A stretch of 64,000 nt of DNA from Eledone cirrhosa (taxonomy: Eukaryota), in the NCBI GenBank assembly GCA_964016885.1, contig OZ024740.1, positions 376,402,001 to 376,466,000 on the forward strand. Reading direction: 5' to 3'. Made by a program: the position numbers and the translations under genes. This document shows, one piece after another, positions 27,830 to 42,045 of the stretch; the first letter of the stretch is position 1; each line of letters begins with the position of its first letter. The notes beneath the pieces are model-generated. The model made no database searches and was not told where the DNA came from. It worked only from the letters and a program-made list of their open reading frames with translations.

Positions 27830-28785
27830 GAAGATCAGTGGGAAGAATTCTATTTCTGTTCCTGCGGTGGCACACCCTGAGGTGGATGGAGAGGCCAATC
27901 CTGGTCACGCAGGTTCTGGTACAGTTGGGGCAAGTGTGTACTGGTTCAGTTGGTGGTTATGTAACGAACAGCTTTCTTCTTTATTATTTGTCTTCAGCTG
28001 CCGCCTTCCTGCCCACCTCAAAGCTGGCTGCAGCTGTTTTGATAGTCACTCTCCATATCTCTGTCTTTTGACAGGTGTTTCCATTCCCTATGATCAATAT
28101 TGCTTTGAACTAGCTTGCGCTTGAGTTGTTCCTTGAAGCGTTTTCGACGTAGAAAACTGCCTATGGCATCCTAGAGTAGTTCATATGTGAGACATGACCT
28201 GTCTCAGCATCAGCATGCTCTCAATGCTTGTGATATCGGATCTCTTGAGAACTTCCTCGTTTGTTACATAGTCCTACCAACTGATGCCTTGATGGAGCGA
28301 AGACATTGCTGGGTGAGTCTTTCGAGTAAATTGATCTGCTTCCGGTACAGGACCCAGCTTTCAGCTCTGTAGAGGAGGGTAGTGATTACAATAGCTCTGT
28401 AGACCCTGATCTTTGCTGAGGTAGCGTCGTTGGTAAGTCGCTCCGCCAGTAAAAGAAGCGTACCACTGCACTGGTGAGGTGTCCATCGATGTTAATCTGA
28501 GGAAGAAGGGACTTTTGATTTGTTGGCTTCTAGGATATGACTTTTTTAGGCTGATGGCCAGGCCAACGGCTTCGGCTGCTCCGTATGCGCCAGAAGGCTC
28601 GGGCGAGCAGTCGTAGGAAGTTGAACACAGACCCATCAGTAGGGAACCAGATCTTTCTTTGCTTCGACGAGCATCATGCTGAAGAGAATTGCAAATAAGG
28701 TTGGAGCAAAGACACAGCCTTCTCTCACACCATTCTCGATGGTAAATTGAACGGCGAGACCACCATGATGTTTCACATGCCCAGA
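27830..28785 (-). pseudogene. Internally deleted RTE (BovB-like) LINE fragment
   Basis: IENGVREGCVFAPTLFAILFSMML; AEAVGLAISLKK; 3' TRIGLSIHLRVCHR zinc-knuckle-like tail. Confidence 0.7.
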
Positions 28786-29379
28786 TATACAGCTACGGAT
28801 TGGTTAATATTTGTATTTTATATTTATTGTTCAACTGAACGTGATTTCACTTCACTACGTTTAGATTATATGTGTGTGTTCATATGGGTGTGTGAGAGTG
28901 TGCGTGTGTATTTGATTTATTAACTAACATACATAGATGGCCTGGATATGGATCTAATGTAAATATATTAATTTCATGATTAATAAACATATATCTAACC
29001 ACGTTGTGCAATGATAATAACCATCTTTTCATTACCTTTGTTCTAGGAAATAGATAGGTGGGTTATGAGAAGGGAAGAGGGAGAGAGAGAGAAAGAGACA
29101 GAGAGAGAAAGAAAGAGAGAGAAAGAAAGAGAGAGAGAAAGAGAGAGAGAATTGATTAAAATTGCTTATGAAAAATCATGATAGGTTATATGTTGCTCTC
29201 ACTTTTCTTTCTCATTAACATGTAACTACATACATTGACACTTATTAATATATATACTGAACTGCACGTTTATCGTTTTTATTCCCATGGCACGTAGTAC
29301 ACCGACACCTCTTATCCATGATTTTATTAACAAGCATCATAAGTTTAATTTACTTTCCAATGATGTAACCAATTTAACA

Positions 29380-29960
29380 CAGATTCATTATTTGGTCTTA
29401 GAATAATGTACACCATTTTACCGACAAATTTTAAGCTCCATTTTACCCACCAATTCACTTACAATTTTACTCCTGATACACTAATTCTATCCACCAATTC
29501 AAACACAATTCTACTCTTGATTCACTAAGTTTAGTCCCTGCCATTTCACCATATTTTCCTACTAATTTAGCAACCATTTACCATTGTTACTCACAACAAT
29601 CCAGTATTCTATCCGCAATTTTCCATGTGATTATACTTTACACACCACATTATCAACAAATTTCCCTACCAGTTTATCAATGTTTAATGGTATTGCCAAT
29701 AAAATTACCGACCAATGTACTCACCCTCTTACGAACAAACCAACATTCCAGGCACTATACATACACATACTGTTTTCTCTACAAATTTACCTACAGTTTT
29801 CGCATCCGATTCACAATTTCATTCCCGATATTGAACAGCTTTTAGCTATAAATTACGCCAATGAAATATTTAACAAACCTTTAATAAGAGAGTCTAATAT
29901 ATATTTTTTATAATGTATCCGACTACTTTGCCATCATTTACCCAGAGATTTAATCAATCA
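29380..29960. repeat. Degenerate short-period low-complexity repeat (TTTACCCACCAAT-like)
   Basis: Recurrent TTTWCCNACCAA/ACCAATT motifs with strong C/A strand bias. Confidence 0.5.
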
Positions 29961-30050
29961 TATCTACGAACATCTCCTCTCTAAGTGTCCGTTTACGATA
30001 GGGTACTTAATAGCCATGGCGTTTTGTATATCTATCTATCTATCTATTTA

Positions 30051-30134
<84 letters not shown>

Positions 30135-31823
30135 GATATATCTATACATATATGTGTGTGTACAGATCTATCTCTATATATATACATATATACATTTATC
30201 TGTATGCGTCTGAGTGTGTGTGCGTATGAGTGTGGACGTGTATATATATTTATGTATGAGTGTCATTGAGATTGTACATGGGTATTTCGTAATCGGCGAG
30301 CATAAATTTAAAAAAAACGAACCTTCATATAAACAATCTATAATACATTTGTCGTTAAATGATTTCCACACTATATCCGGAATCTATTTAGTAATTTCTA
30401 TTACATTTAATCCGACAAGTTTCAATGTTTTAATCTTTGGTGATTGTTGTAAAGTGATGGGTGCTAATTTACTTAGAATGAGCAGGGAGCGGCTCAATAA
30501 TTTTGTGATAAATATTGAAGAATGTCGTTTCCAAAATTATGATACATGCAAGACATGTATGATAGCACCCAACAAACCATAATTGGCGCCAACCAACGAG
30601 CATGTTTCTCGATGTGAATGTCATTTGCTAAACGTATATGGGATAGATTCTGCATTATGTTGCACAAAAGCAATTATACGTTTTAGTACTACAATCAGTT
30701 TTACTTTCTTCCAATCTTCCATGCTGAGAGATGATCAGGAAGAATGTGGGTATGATAACAGATTGATTAATGCACATTTAAACACCTTGAAAATATACAA
30801 GGTCAAAGATATTTTCCATCATGTATATATTGCATTGAACACCATTCTATACATTGTCAATTACGATAGCTTAGATTGAGCTGAGGGAAACTTCAGAAAA
30901 ATAAAGCTCTTCGAGGGATTCTGGCGTATCACAATGGTACGAGAAAAACTGAATTAGCTATATTAAGAGCAAATACGATCTTAGAATTGATTACATTGAA
31001 ATAATAAAAACCACTCGCTTAAAAAATGAGCATGTACATTCCATTTCGATTAATTATCAGCATTATTAAGATATTTTATGTAATTCTTGACATTGCGTTC
31101 ATACTTTCAGTAGATTATTGAATTTTGCTTTATTGATTTTTATCTTTTCTTTTCGAACTGATGTTGAACGTTGGTTTCTTCATAGAACATTTTAAGAAGA
31201 AAAATCCTCTCTTTAAACTATAAATTAATTGCAATAAAACTTGAAGATTTCTTAATCCTGGTGACTCTGTAACATACATTATTTGTGGTTGTCTAGAGTG
31301 TTGGTTGAGTAAGTTGTGTCACGCTTTCAGATATCGATCGTGTAAGAGCATGATTTGCTTATTAGATCTTGTGTAGAGTCTAACCAATGTTTGTGTGTGT
31401 GATTTTTTAATTTATTTATCTCGCAGGAGTGTGTTGAGTGTGTAGATTGTTTACTCCTTCATTATTATAAATAAATGTCTTGCTGTGGCTACTATGTTAG
31501 TTATGACAGGCATATTACAGATGAATACGGGCTGATAGCTCTCCTGTACCAGATTTGGTACATGTGTGTAGCAATTCTTGTTCTATTTCATAATGAAATT
31601 TTAGCATAATGCTTTGTGGATATAGCTGATAAACTGATCGTAATTTATAAATAGATAGCAGCCGGGAGAAGTCGATCGAGGTTAATGCTGTTGGGAAATG
31701 GCTGCACACGAGAGCAATGGAATAGGGCAGAACATTGCAGAGAGAGAGCGGTCACCGCCATTGAGGTCGAAACCTAACCACGCAAAGCAATAAAGCAATG
31801 AAGGCATTATGCCAATATATATC

Positions 31824-31889
<66 letters not shown>

Positions 31890-32516
31890 TGTCTCTCAGT
31901 TATATGTATTTCGGTGATAACCGTTATATAACAGCAGTGACCACATCAGACAGCTAGAATTTGAACAGGAAAATAACAGAGAAAAACACAGAAACACCAG
32001 GAGGACAGACGAAGTTAATTTTAACCTGTTGCCATATACTTCTTGTTTATAAATATACTGCGGAGTAAACAAACCCACCTGCGCATTTCATCAAGTGCTC
32101 TACACTGCATACTCAAGTGTCGGTGATTAACCAACACACACTCGAATTTATATAAATATATGTGGGGGTAGGGATATGTGTGTATGTGTGTGTGTTTGTG
32201 TGAACAAATAGACAGATTAACAAATGTTTCTTAAGATTGACATTTATGAATATTTTTTACTACTACAACATATATAAAATATAATATAGTTGACTATAAT
32301 GTAGTTATAGACATCTTAAGACGGAAAAATGTAAACAGTTCTATGAGATAATATTCTTCCTAAGCAAATTTAATAAACATTCTTTTGCAGTTTCATTATA
32401 ATTAAAATGTGTATTGCTTGTGAAATATGAATATGAATTCCTTGATCATCGTATAAGCGTCCATGACGAAAATAATTTTGTGCAGCGATACCTAAAATGC
32501 TGTTGTATAGATCACT

Positions 32517-32596
<80 letters not shown>

Positions 32597-32697
32597 GTAT
32601 ATATATATAAATTAATAAAAACAATGAAAAAAACAAAAAACACCTCCTTATATTTAAAAATTCATCATTTTACGATCGTTTCTAGGATATATATATA

Positions 32698-32890
32698 TAG
32701 TAATAATAATAAATTTGAAGACTAAAATCCAAAGAGGGCTCGATAAGGATAAATATATATCAAATATATAAGAACCGTAGAGAAACAATTTATTAAAATA
32801 ACAGATTAAAGTTTAAGCAAAGAATCGCTGCTTTCACCCTTAAGGGTGAAAGCAGCGATTCTTTGCTTAAACTTTAATCTGTTATTTTAA

Positions 32891-32892
<2 letters not shown>
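32698..32892 (-). mobile_element. Truncated copy of the 3650/57437 family folded back into a palindrome
   Basis: Near-identical to 3650-3790 up to CACCCTTAA, then an exact reverse complement (palindrome about 32791-32892, centred on CCCTTAAGGG). Confidence 0.8.
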
Positions 32893-32936
<44 letters not shown>

Positions 32937-33131
32937 AGGATGTGTTTTCAATTACAGTGTGTATTCGGGCAATATAGTGAAAATCATTAAAAATCTACGA
33001 AAGGTATGGAAAATACATCATAATTAAAGATATAAATGAAAATGCACAAACCTACCTTTATAACTATACAACACCTGTACACACTCAGAGAGAATGTTTC
33101 GCTATGTTTCCTTTGATATATTTATATATAT

Positions 33132-33166
<35 letters not shown>

Positions 33167-34879
33167 GCGTGTTTAACTCATGAATGACTAACGTGATGTT
33201 TCTTCCAATAGGGTTTAATGTTAACTATTAAATACGTACATGATCGCACGTATGTTTCATTATAAACACTCTTCTCTTGAAATGAACTAAGCAGAGATCT
33301 GTTGAACTATATTTGAGAGGCGATTGGCTGGCTTAAATGTATCATATAGTACCACACCGATGATTTTCTAGAACAACTAAAACAATTCTTATTTTACCAA
33401 CATCAAGGGTTTTAGTCGTTCATATCGATACAATAATTTAACTTTTTAATCCTGCTGCAGTTTTGTTTTACCAAATTCCTCATGCAAGGCATCAGTTACT
33501 CCAGGAATATAGTATAACATTTATGCGCAAGGTTCCATCTTGTGGAACTGAACTCGATTCCATATGGGAAGCAAACTACTTGCCAATATCTACACATAAA
33601 TCGTCTCAGAAATTCATCTTCGTTTGAACAATAAACTTATCATCGTTCAGAAAGAGGCTGTGTTGAAATGAATGTGTTGCGGGAATCTTTGAGCATGACT
33701 TTTCCAAATTTAAATTTTAATTTGTTGCAACATATGAAAAATTGTAAAATAAATGCGGTTAGATAGATAACTGTACGAAGATGCATATTAATGCAAATGC
33801 AAACACTCAACCATTCAATTATAATTTTAAGAGAATATGATTATATGCGTTCCCATAACAATCATATTTAGGCGTTCTGTACATTATTAAGCATGTTATA
33901 TTATAAGATATTTTAAAGATATTCTGTGTATTGAGTAACATGCTATATAATCTATTTCATATTGCATTTCTATTTTATTGTCAACCACAAATTAGAGAAA
34001 AGTAAATTCACAGTCGATTCTTTGTGCTAAAAACAGAGAAAAATAAATATAAATTATTTATTTTTGCAGGTCCTTTACAAAGACCATAATTGGCACCATG
34101 CCGTCAAGGATCCATTGTATTTGATAACAATGAAACATCTTTGAAGATTAGAGAGGATAAAGTGCAACATAAACAATCCTTCCGTTTAATATTTGTTTTA
34201 TTAAAATATACTCTGATGTGCCAAATGAAAACATATTGATTTATCTTAAACAGTATTATAACACATACGATTCTGATTACTGCATAAATGACAGGTAGAT
34301 CATTTCTCGCATTCAGTGCGACACCAGAATAAAAATGTAAGTAGTTAATATTCTACATATATGTGGAATCTTAACACAATTCCATTCGACGGGCTTCGAC
34401 ACAGTTTTCCTGTACCACATTTCTCTTTCAAGGCTTATTTCCAACCACTTTCCAGCTATGATAAACATATCTGCATAATATGATAGGCAGCGTAATTGAA
34501 ACATAAACCACGTGATTGTGAAACAGACAACATAACAACCAGGTCACAGATGCATCAATAAAAGATTAGCGACTACATAGATAACGAATATTACAATATT
34601 TATTGGACAAGACTCAATCGGCAGGTTGCCAGTACAAATCATGCACTGCAGTACTTATATACGTATTTTTGTAATCTATTTCTTTTACTTTCCCTTGCAC
34701 CATTGCGTTAACTAATGTCAAATACTGATACCCTTTTGTTTAATAACAAATTTACTACCGTTTAAGTTATAAAATCAAGAATAACACTAGTGACGAATAC
34801 TTTACTATTTATTGTTTTACCGTAGATGACGTTCAAACGTAATATTATGTAAATTATATTATGTTTCCAAATTCCAAAG

Positions 34880-35860
34880 GGATGGACGCACAAAGATTGC
34901 GTACCCTTATACCCCAAACAGTTTCTGGAAGGGATCAAACCTTGACAATGGGAACCTGCAACATACCCACACTTATAGGTGACTACATGCTACTGGCTAG
35001 ATATATTCGGGGTTTCCTGTCCAAAATCTTGTAGCTTTCATACTATAGAATTGGATGGAAGATGTAAATTCAACTATACAGGTTTGGCGCCAGAAAAGAC
35101 TGCACAGGCGGGAGTGGGGATACTGACAAGCCCCCAGCTGACGAAATCTGCTATGTACTGAATCCCATTAGGAGGAAGGATTTGACTCTTAAAGCTTAGG
35201 TTGAAAGATAGGTGTTTCTGGGTTGTGCAAGTTTATGCACCAAACAAGGAGTCCGAAATCAGATCCCTCCTTGATGAAGTCTCAGCAGCGTTAGATGTAG
35301 TTATGACATATATTTTGGTAGGAGACTTTGATACACATGTTGGCACTGATCACCTGATATGGAAAAGTCTGATTGAAAGGAATGGCAAACCCGAATACGA
35401 ATAGTGAGGCATTATTTGACATCTGTTCTTGCAATGAACTTTCTGTTATGAACACCTTCTTCCTACACAGAGACATCCATAAACATGCATAGTATAAGGG
35501 TATCAGGGAGATAGATCAATAAATGTTTTTGTTACTGTCTCTGATCTATTCTATTCTGTGATTTGCTCGATCATTATTATCATAATTGACAGAATCGGCA
35601 GAAGATCGGACACCATACTTTGCAGCATAAAATTACGGCCCTTTACAATTTGATTTCAAATCCTGCCGTGGTTAACTTTGACTTTCATCCTTACGGGGTC
35701 GATAAAATAAAGATCCAGTAATGTACTGGGTAATTACTGGCCTTGTGACAAAAGTAGAAACAATTATTATTCTTTGAGTGTCAGTCATTGATGTTATTTA
35801 ACTGGAAAGTTTGTTCCAATGAACATCAAGCCGCTACCTGCAACCTCAGATATTCAGGAC
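34880..35860 (+). pseudogene. LINE AP-endonuclease fragment (RTE-like), interrupted by a SINE
   Basis: AQAGVGILTSP; VVQVYAPN; ILVGDFDTHVG; NELSVMNTFFLHR. Confidence 0.75.
35586..35770 (+). mobile_element. Nin SINE (diverged)
   Basis: Nin domain CTTTCATCCTTACGGGGTCGATAAAATAAAG and ATT tail. Confidence 0.85.
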
Positions 35861-36053
35861 GTATTATTATTATTATTATTGTTGGTCGTTGTAGCGAATT
35901 GACGTACTATCGTGAGCTCGTAAGTTTGTTTTGTTCAACGGTTTGAAATACGTTTGTCATTAATATTTTTGTTTTCCCCAAGAAAGGACTCCTTTTGGCC
36001 CAAATATTTAAACTTTGTGTGTTTAAAAGAAAATATTTGTCGAAAAAAAAAAC

Positions 36054-38097
36054 ATGGCGAAGGCAAACAAAACTTTGACTTTGCTGTCTTGCGACAGCGA
36101 GTCAAACTTTGTGATTATTAACGCTGCCCCTCCCGCAACAATTTTAAAATGTAACAAAACATCAGGCAATATTGCCAACACCAGCCCCAACAAAAGTGAG
36201 AACAAAAATGACAATAGCAGCAACAGCGACATAACCAAAAACAGTAAAAAAAATAACAGTCGTGAACAAGAACGACAATAGCACCAACAACGACGACAGC
36301 AAAACCAAGTACTGCAATAATGACAACATCAACAACAGAAAAAACGTCAACAAAGACCACAATATCCACAATAGTGACAACCACAACAACAGCAACAGCA
36401 ACAGTAACAATAGCAGCAGCAACAATATCAACGAAGACAACAACGAAATTAACACCAGTAACCCAAACATAAACAGCGACAACACCAACAGCACCGAAAA
36501 CAACAACAACGGCGGCACCAAATACAACAATGTTAACAGCAACAACAACAACAAGAACAACGACAACAACAACAACACCACCACCGACAACAAGAAGAAC
36601 ACTTTCGCTGCGGCAGCAGCCAAAAAGAGGCCATGCTACAGCATGGACCTCTCGAACAAAGAAGAAAAGTTGGCCCAGGCCTGGAAACTTATCATGCAAG
36701 AGCAAACCTGGGCCAACTTAACTGTCTCGGTAGAAGCTATTGAAGCAGTGGAGCGCAGAACGGTCTTTTACAGATGCATCCCAACAGAAGCCAAGAGGGC
36801 AGCTTTAATTCCACAAGCAGATGTGAAAGTCGTGCTGAGATGCAGCAAGAATGAAACCGAATACATAGCGAGGGGTAGACAATACGGCACAATTTCGGTG
36901 CTGTTTAAGTCAGAAGCCCTCGCTTATAAACATGCTATGTCACTTTGCAAAACCAGCAAGGTCATAATGTACCCCTCCCACATGGGAAAAAGAATGGCCC
37001 GTCTCTGCATTCCCAGAATCCCACGAGGACTTGACATGTGGTGGCTTCTGGGATGTGTGATATGGAGGGGACGGATACCATCTCGATAGAAGTAAGGACT
37101 GGTCCGGGCTTAATCTGGAGATACTTCTACAGATCAGGCCGGAGAATGTCAAAACAATCGCGGACCACATCCGTCTTCAGAATGGGACGGCCATTCACAT
37201 TATGACTGAGAGCAAGAGCCGCATTATTTGGTTTGTGGGGAAAAACCCATTTACGAGCCTTCTGCTCTCAACTGCTGAAAGATGCAAGGGGTTCAGGACC
37301 ACAACCAACATCAGCACCGGAAAAACCACAAGCAACACCACCAATAGAAAGACCACCACCAACATTGACCACATAGGGGGCTAATGATGAAAGTTGCCCA
37401 ATTCCTCGTCCCCTCCAAAATACACACAACAATAAAAACATAAACACACACAGGCACAGACACACTTACAGTAGTGAAGATGATTGAAAACCAAAATCCT
37501 CAAACATACAAAAAAGGAAGCACAAACAGAGAACAAACACTCAAAAAGCACAAAAACACCCACATTAAAAAATGCAGACACCACCCACGCAAACATCTCC
37601 CCAACAACACCAACATCAACACCACCATCACCATCACCATCATCAGAATCCCCCAAACGCAAACAACCTGAACAGATGCAAGAACAAATACACACACAAA
37701 CATCTGAAACCACAGACACCGCACTCACAACAAACACATGCACAACCAAAACAACACCACCAAAACCATCACCACCACAACCACGCAAACGAATAAAATC
37801 ACACCAACATAACATACAAAACGTCGTGTTCGTCAGGAGGGCCAACATGGAACTGATGGCCCTCGTATCATGAAGTGAAGAAATAAAAAAGTGGTGGACA
37901 TTTTTAAATCGAGCACATTTCGCCTGCCGGAAGATTTGTTTCTGGTGCGAATGTTGCTCTATTTATACAAAGAGATACGAGACAGCTTTCCTCGGGATGT
38001 GGGAACCCCGAACGTAAAACTCACTTCAAGACTTTTAAAGGGGTTCCCAAAAGAAACCCCACCAACTATGGAGGTCGAACCAGAGCCAGGAAGGTAA
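36054..38097 (+). pseudogene. Tx1-like ORF1 (Asn-rich N-terminus, TFAAAAAK motif, Thr/Pro/Lys-rich linker), frameshifted
   Basis: ORF fragments 36054-36281, 36262-37089, 37484-37873 and 37891-38097 lie in ORF1 position upstream of ORF2. Confidence 0.7.
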
Positions 38098-38129
38098 GTA
38101 AAACTTTCCTCTATCTTTTAGCCTGCCAA

Positions 38130-41100
38130 ATGGCCGTATTAACAGTAGGAAGTTTAAATGTTCGAGGCCTGGGATCGTCCTGGAAGCAGGGTCACCTGCT
38201 CAACGAACTCAGATCTCTAGAAATGGATGTAATTGCCGAAACGAGACTAGGATTTTCGACACGCGCGCGCTAGCCCCCATTTTCGACGACTATCAGATCT
38301 TCGCATCTGTTAGTCGGTCGGGAATGGGATGTGGGGTGGCAGTGTTGTTTAGGAAAGGCCTGGATCTCGAAATAAGGTCGATCATCCGGGACCCGGACGG
38401 TAAGTTGGTGGTCCTGGACGTGAACAATAACGAAGGTGGTACCTTTAGACTGGTGGCCGTCTACGCCCCTACTGGGGCAGGACGGCCGGACTTCTTTAGA
38501 CGCCTGGAAGCCTTTCTGTGTACGTCTCGCCCTTTAATGGAACGGCATCTTAGACGCACGGTGGGACTGTCTGGGCGTATCCGATAAGAGCGGGGGTTGC
38601 AATATCTTCAAATACCTGATCAGCCAGTTCCAACTGTCTGACAGGGATCGGATCATCAATTTAGTTAAGAAAAAGTTGACAGACAGAGGGAGTCGTGAAC
38701 AATAGATGGTGGTGAGGGGGGGGGTGCTCTCATCAGAGAGATTGGAGTAATGTCAATAGAGTTTAGCAAAGAAATAGCGTTAGAAAAAAATAGAAAGGAG
38801 GAGGAATCTGTAGATAAGTTAAATGAGGCTATTTGTAATGGTATTGCAAGTGGCGTGCTAGCGGCGAGAATGGCATTAGATGATTTATTCAATGCGAAAC
38901 TCGAAGGTTGCATTGTCAGAGCTAAGGCGCGTACTCTGAGAAACGAGGGAACCAAAGCTGTTCGATGGGCCCGCGTGACAGAGGCGTACTGTGGTAATAA
39001 AACCACGATTCAGTCTTCGACGGACCGAGACGGATACGCGCTGAGCCATTCCAAGCGGATGTGTGAGGCATTTCGCCAACATTTTGCCCGGTTGTTCGGG
39101 GGAGGTGGCGGGTCAGAGACGGTGGCGGACTTCAGTCCCTATCTCGATGGCTTACCACAACTCTCGACTGCCGACAATGAGAGCAGCGAAACACCGATTA
39201 CTTCAGCTGAGATTCAGATTGTCCTTGTCGGCTGCATGAGGCACACGTCAGCCGGTGAGCCGGGGCGTAGTGACGCTGATAAGGAAAGACGAGAATAAGA
39301 GGGACACACTAGACAATTTCAGGCCCATAACTCTGCTCAACACAGAGTTTATGATTTTGGCCAAAGTGTTAGCGAAGAGGTTGGCGCTTGTCGGGGATTT
39401 GGTTGGGGAGGCGCAAACTTGTGCAATCCCAACCAGGTCGATACACGAAAACCTCCACCCCATGTGATACATCATAGAGAGGGTAGCGTGTAAATCTTGC
39501 TTCGGTGGGGCTCTGATCAATTTAGATCAATCGAAAGCATTCGATAAGGTCGACCATCGGTACCTGGAGGCTATCCTCAAGGCAGAAGCTGGATCGCTGC
39601 AATGTGCAGCGGTACCTGCTCGGTGGTCAAAGTTAATAGCCACCTCTCGGAACCGTTTCAGGTCTCCTGATCGGTCCGTCAATGGTGCCCTCTCTCCTCC
39701 CTTCTGTATGTATTGACTCTCGAGCCTTTACTGCGGAAACTGGAGCTGTTGCAGGGCATCCCGCTTGAACCGGGACGCGGAAAGGCTGTGTCGGCTTGTG
39801 CAGACCACATCACCATGATGGTGTCGGACACCTCAGAAATCTAAGTGGTCGGCAACTTATTGGAGGAATATGAAAGGTTGACGGGAGAAAAACTTAACCC
39901 GGAAAAGTCAGTGGGCTTCAACTCGGCACCTGGAGAGGCAAGTCCATGCCGTCCAACAGCGTCGTTGGCCGCTGGACGGAAGGACCGGTAAAGTTGCTCG
40001 GGGTTTGGTTCGGGCCAGACCTCCAGATGGATATGAATTGGGACGAGGTGACGGGCAGGTTAGCCAGTCTCACCCAGAAATGGGCTGCGAGAAAGCTATC
40101 ACTGAAAGGTTGGGCGGAGGTGGTGAACGCGTACATCGCGTCTGTCTTCTACTACCGTGTGGCCGTCGTCCCTTGCCCCCATTCGCGCCTCGCCATCTTG
40201 GAGCAGCACCTATTTAAAATTCTTGTGGAGCGGTCATGTTCTGTTGGTGTGGCGGTCCATATGCTGCCAGCAGCCTCTACGTGGAGGGCTGGGCATGCTG
40301 TGGCTAATGATGCGCAGACACACGCTTAGGCTGCGGCATCTCCAGATATTCTGTCTAAACGGTGAACAGGTGTGGTCGCCGTTTGTCAGACGTCTCTTTG
40401 ACTGTGCTGCAGTTCTGGATCAAGAAGAGACCGAGTCTGGGTGACCGGCATCTGGAAAGATGCCAGGCAGTTACTGCCCTCTACCAGGCGGGCAATGCGG
40501 TCATTGGAACTTCCACTCTCAAGTTCTATAGAGTAGTAGTGGTTGGCAAGTGCGATCACGCACTCAGAGAGGCTCTGGGCGCCGACGATGTCGAACTAAC
40601 CAGTCTGTTCCGGAGGACTTTCGAGCCGGGGACGATGGATAATTTCCAAAAATCTCTCGCTTGGCAGTGCTACCGGGGAGCCCTGCCGGTTCGAATAAAC
40701 TCTACAGGCACGGAAGTGCTGTCAGACGGACTTGCCCGAGATGCGCGCAGAGCGACGAAACCGTTCTCCACGCAATCGTCCAGTGTCCGTGCATTACTGA
40801 CTCGTGGAGTTATGTCAAACAGCTGTTGTCGCGTGTAGAACGGATACGGCTATCGGCCGAGTCCACACTGAAGCTCGACCCGCCGCCTTCTCTTGGCCAG
40901 GATGGGCAGGCAATTTTCCTCTGTCTGGTGGCAGTAGCGAAAGAGGTTGTATGGTGGACGAGGTTGAAAGAACTGAAGACAGACACTTTTCTCTTTGGCC
41001 AATCCCTCATCAACTTCTTCAAGTTTCACTTGAAAAGGAAGGTGAGGATGGAGAGACAAGTGCTGCCCCCCAGTACATTTGCTGAAAGGTGGGTGAATGT

Positions 41101-41149
41101 GGCGAGAATGGCCCGTGTGAGTGGGCCTACTCTGATCATGCGCCTGTAG
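38130..41149 (+). pseudogene. Tx1-like ORF2 (APE endonuclease, RT, C-terminal CxxC..ETxxH), disrupted
   Basis: MAVLTVGSLNVRGL; LVAVYAP; NFRPITLLNTE..ILAKVLAKRL; LDQSKAFDKVDH; VKLLGVWFG; CPRCAQSDETVLHAIVQC. Confidence 0.92.
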
Positions 41150-41415
41150 GTGGGTAAATTTGAGGAGGAGAGGGGTGCCCTTCCCGGGTCCTCTCGAAGC
41201 GTCGGGTCACCAGGATTGGTGGGGTACCTGAGCGAACCCTGGGTGGTTAATTTTTCTTGTATTTTTCTTGTTACTTTGTTATTGTTATTTATATTGTTTA
41301 CTCGATTTTTCTGTAAAATCCCACTGTCCCAGTCTTTTGTACTGTCCCCTATATGCCGGCCCTTGTGGCCAATAAATGAAATCATTATTGTTGTTGTTAC
41401 TAGCAGTAGTAGTTT

Positions 41416-41479
<64 letters not shown>

Positions 41480-41900
41480 CATATATTCATTGAGCTTTTT
41501 GTGAAAATATATTTGATATCCTACTGAAAATATGCGATAGTAGCCAATGATTACAAATTAATTTTCCATGTACTATATGACAACATAAAGTATACATTAA
41601 AAGTGATAATTTATTCACCCATATATAAACGATTGTAACGAAATTTTGTGTATGTTATCTTTCGTGCTGTTTCATATTTACATGCTTCGTAGAATATAAT
41701 AGAAGAGACATTGTGTAAAATAATTTTTAATCGTAATAAGATAAATGGTAAACAAAGCAGTAGTATCACTAATGCCGCAATGAACTACAGCAAATATTTG
41801 TGAAAGACGATTCTTCAGTGTATGTATTAATTCCCTAATGATTTGAAAATTCTTATTCATTACTTACTTTCTTTCTTTCGCTATATATATATATACATAT

Positions 41901-41937
<37 letters not shown>

Positions 41938-42045
41938 TATATATATATACATATATATATATATCATACATATATATATTATATATATACATATATATAT
42001 CATAAATATATATATTATATATATATATATATATACGTGTATATA

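Larger units (their letters stand above)
35881..41385 (+). mobile_element. Near full-length decayed L1/Tx1-clade LINE
   Basis: ORF1 remnants followed by ORF2 APE-RT-Cys domain; 3' AATAAA; both ends in (TTA/TTG/TAG)n tracts. Confidence 0.88.

Noticed and set aside
30214-30950. Possible host exon or pseudogene (two adjacent ORFs)
   Set aside because: No recognisable domain or convincing splice structure
33480-33590. Remnant of a second tRNA-SINE family on the minus strand
   Set aside because: Only a B-box-like GAGTTCAGTTCC and a weak resemblance; too degraded to call
36118-36705. Hydrophobic Val/Leu-rich membrane-like ORFs on the minus strand
   Set aside because: Antisense of the AAC-rich Tx1 ORF1
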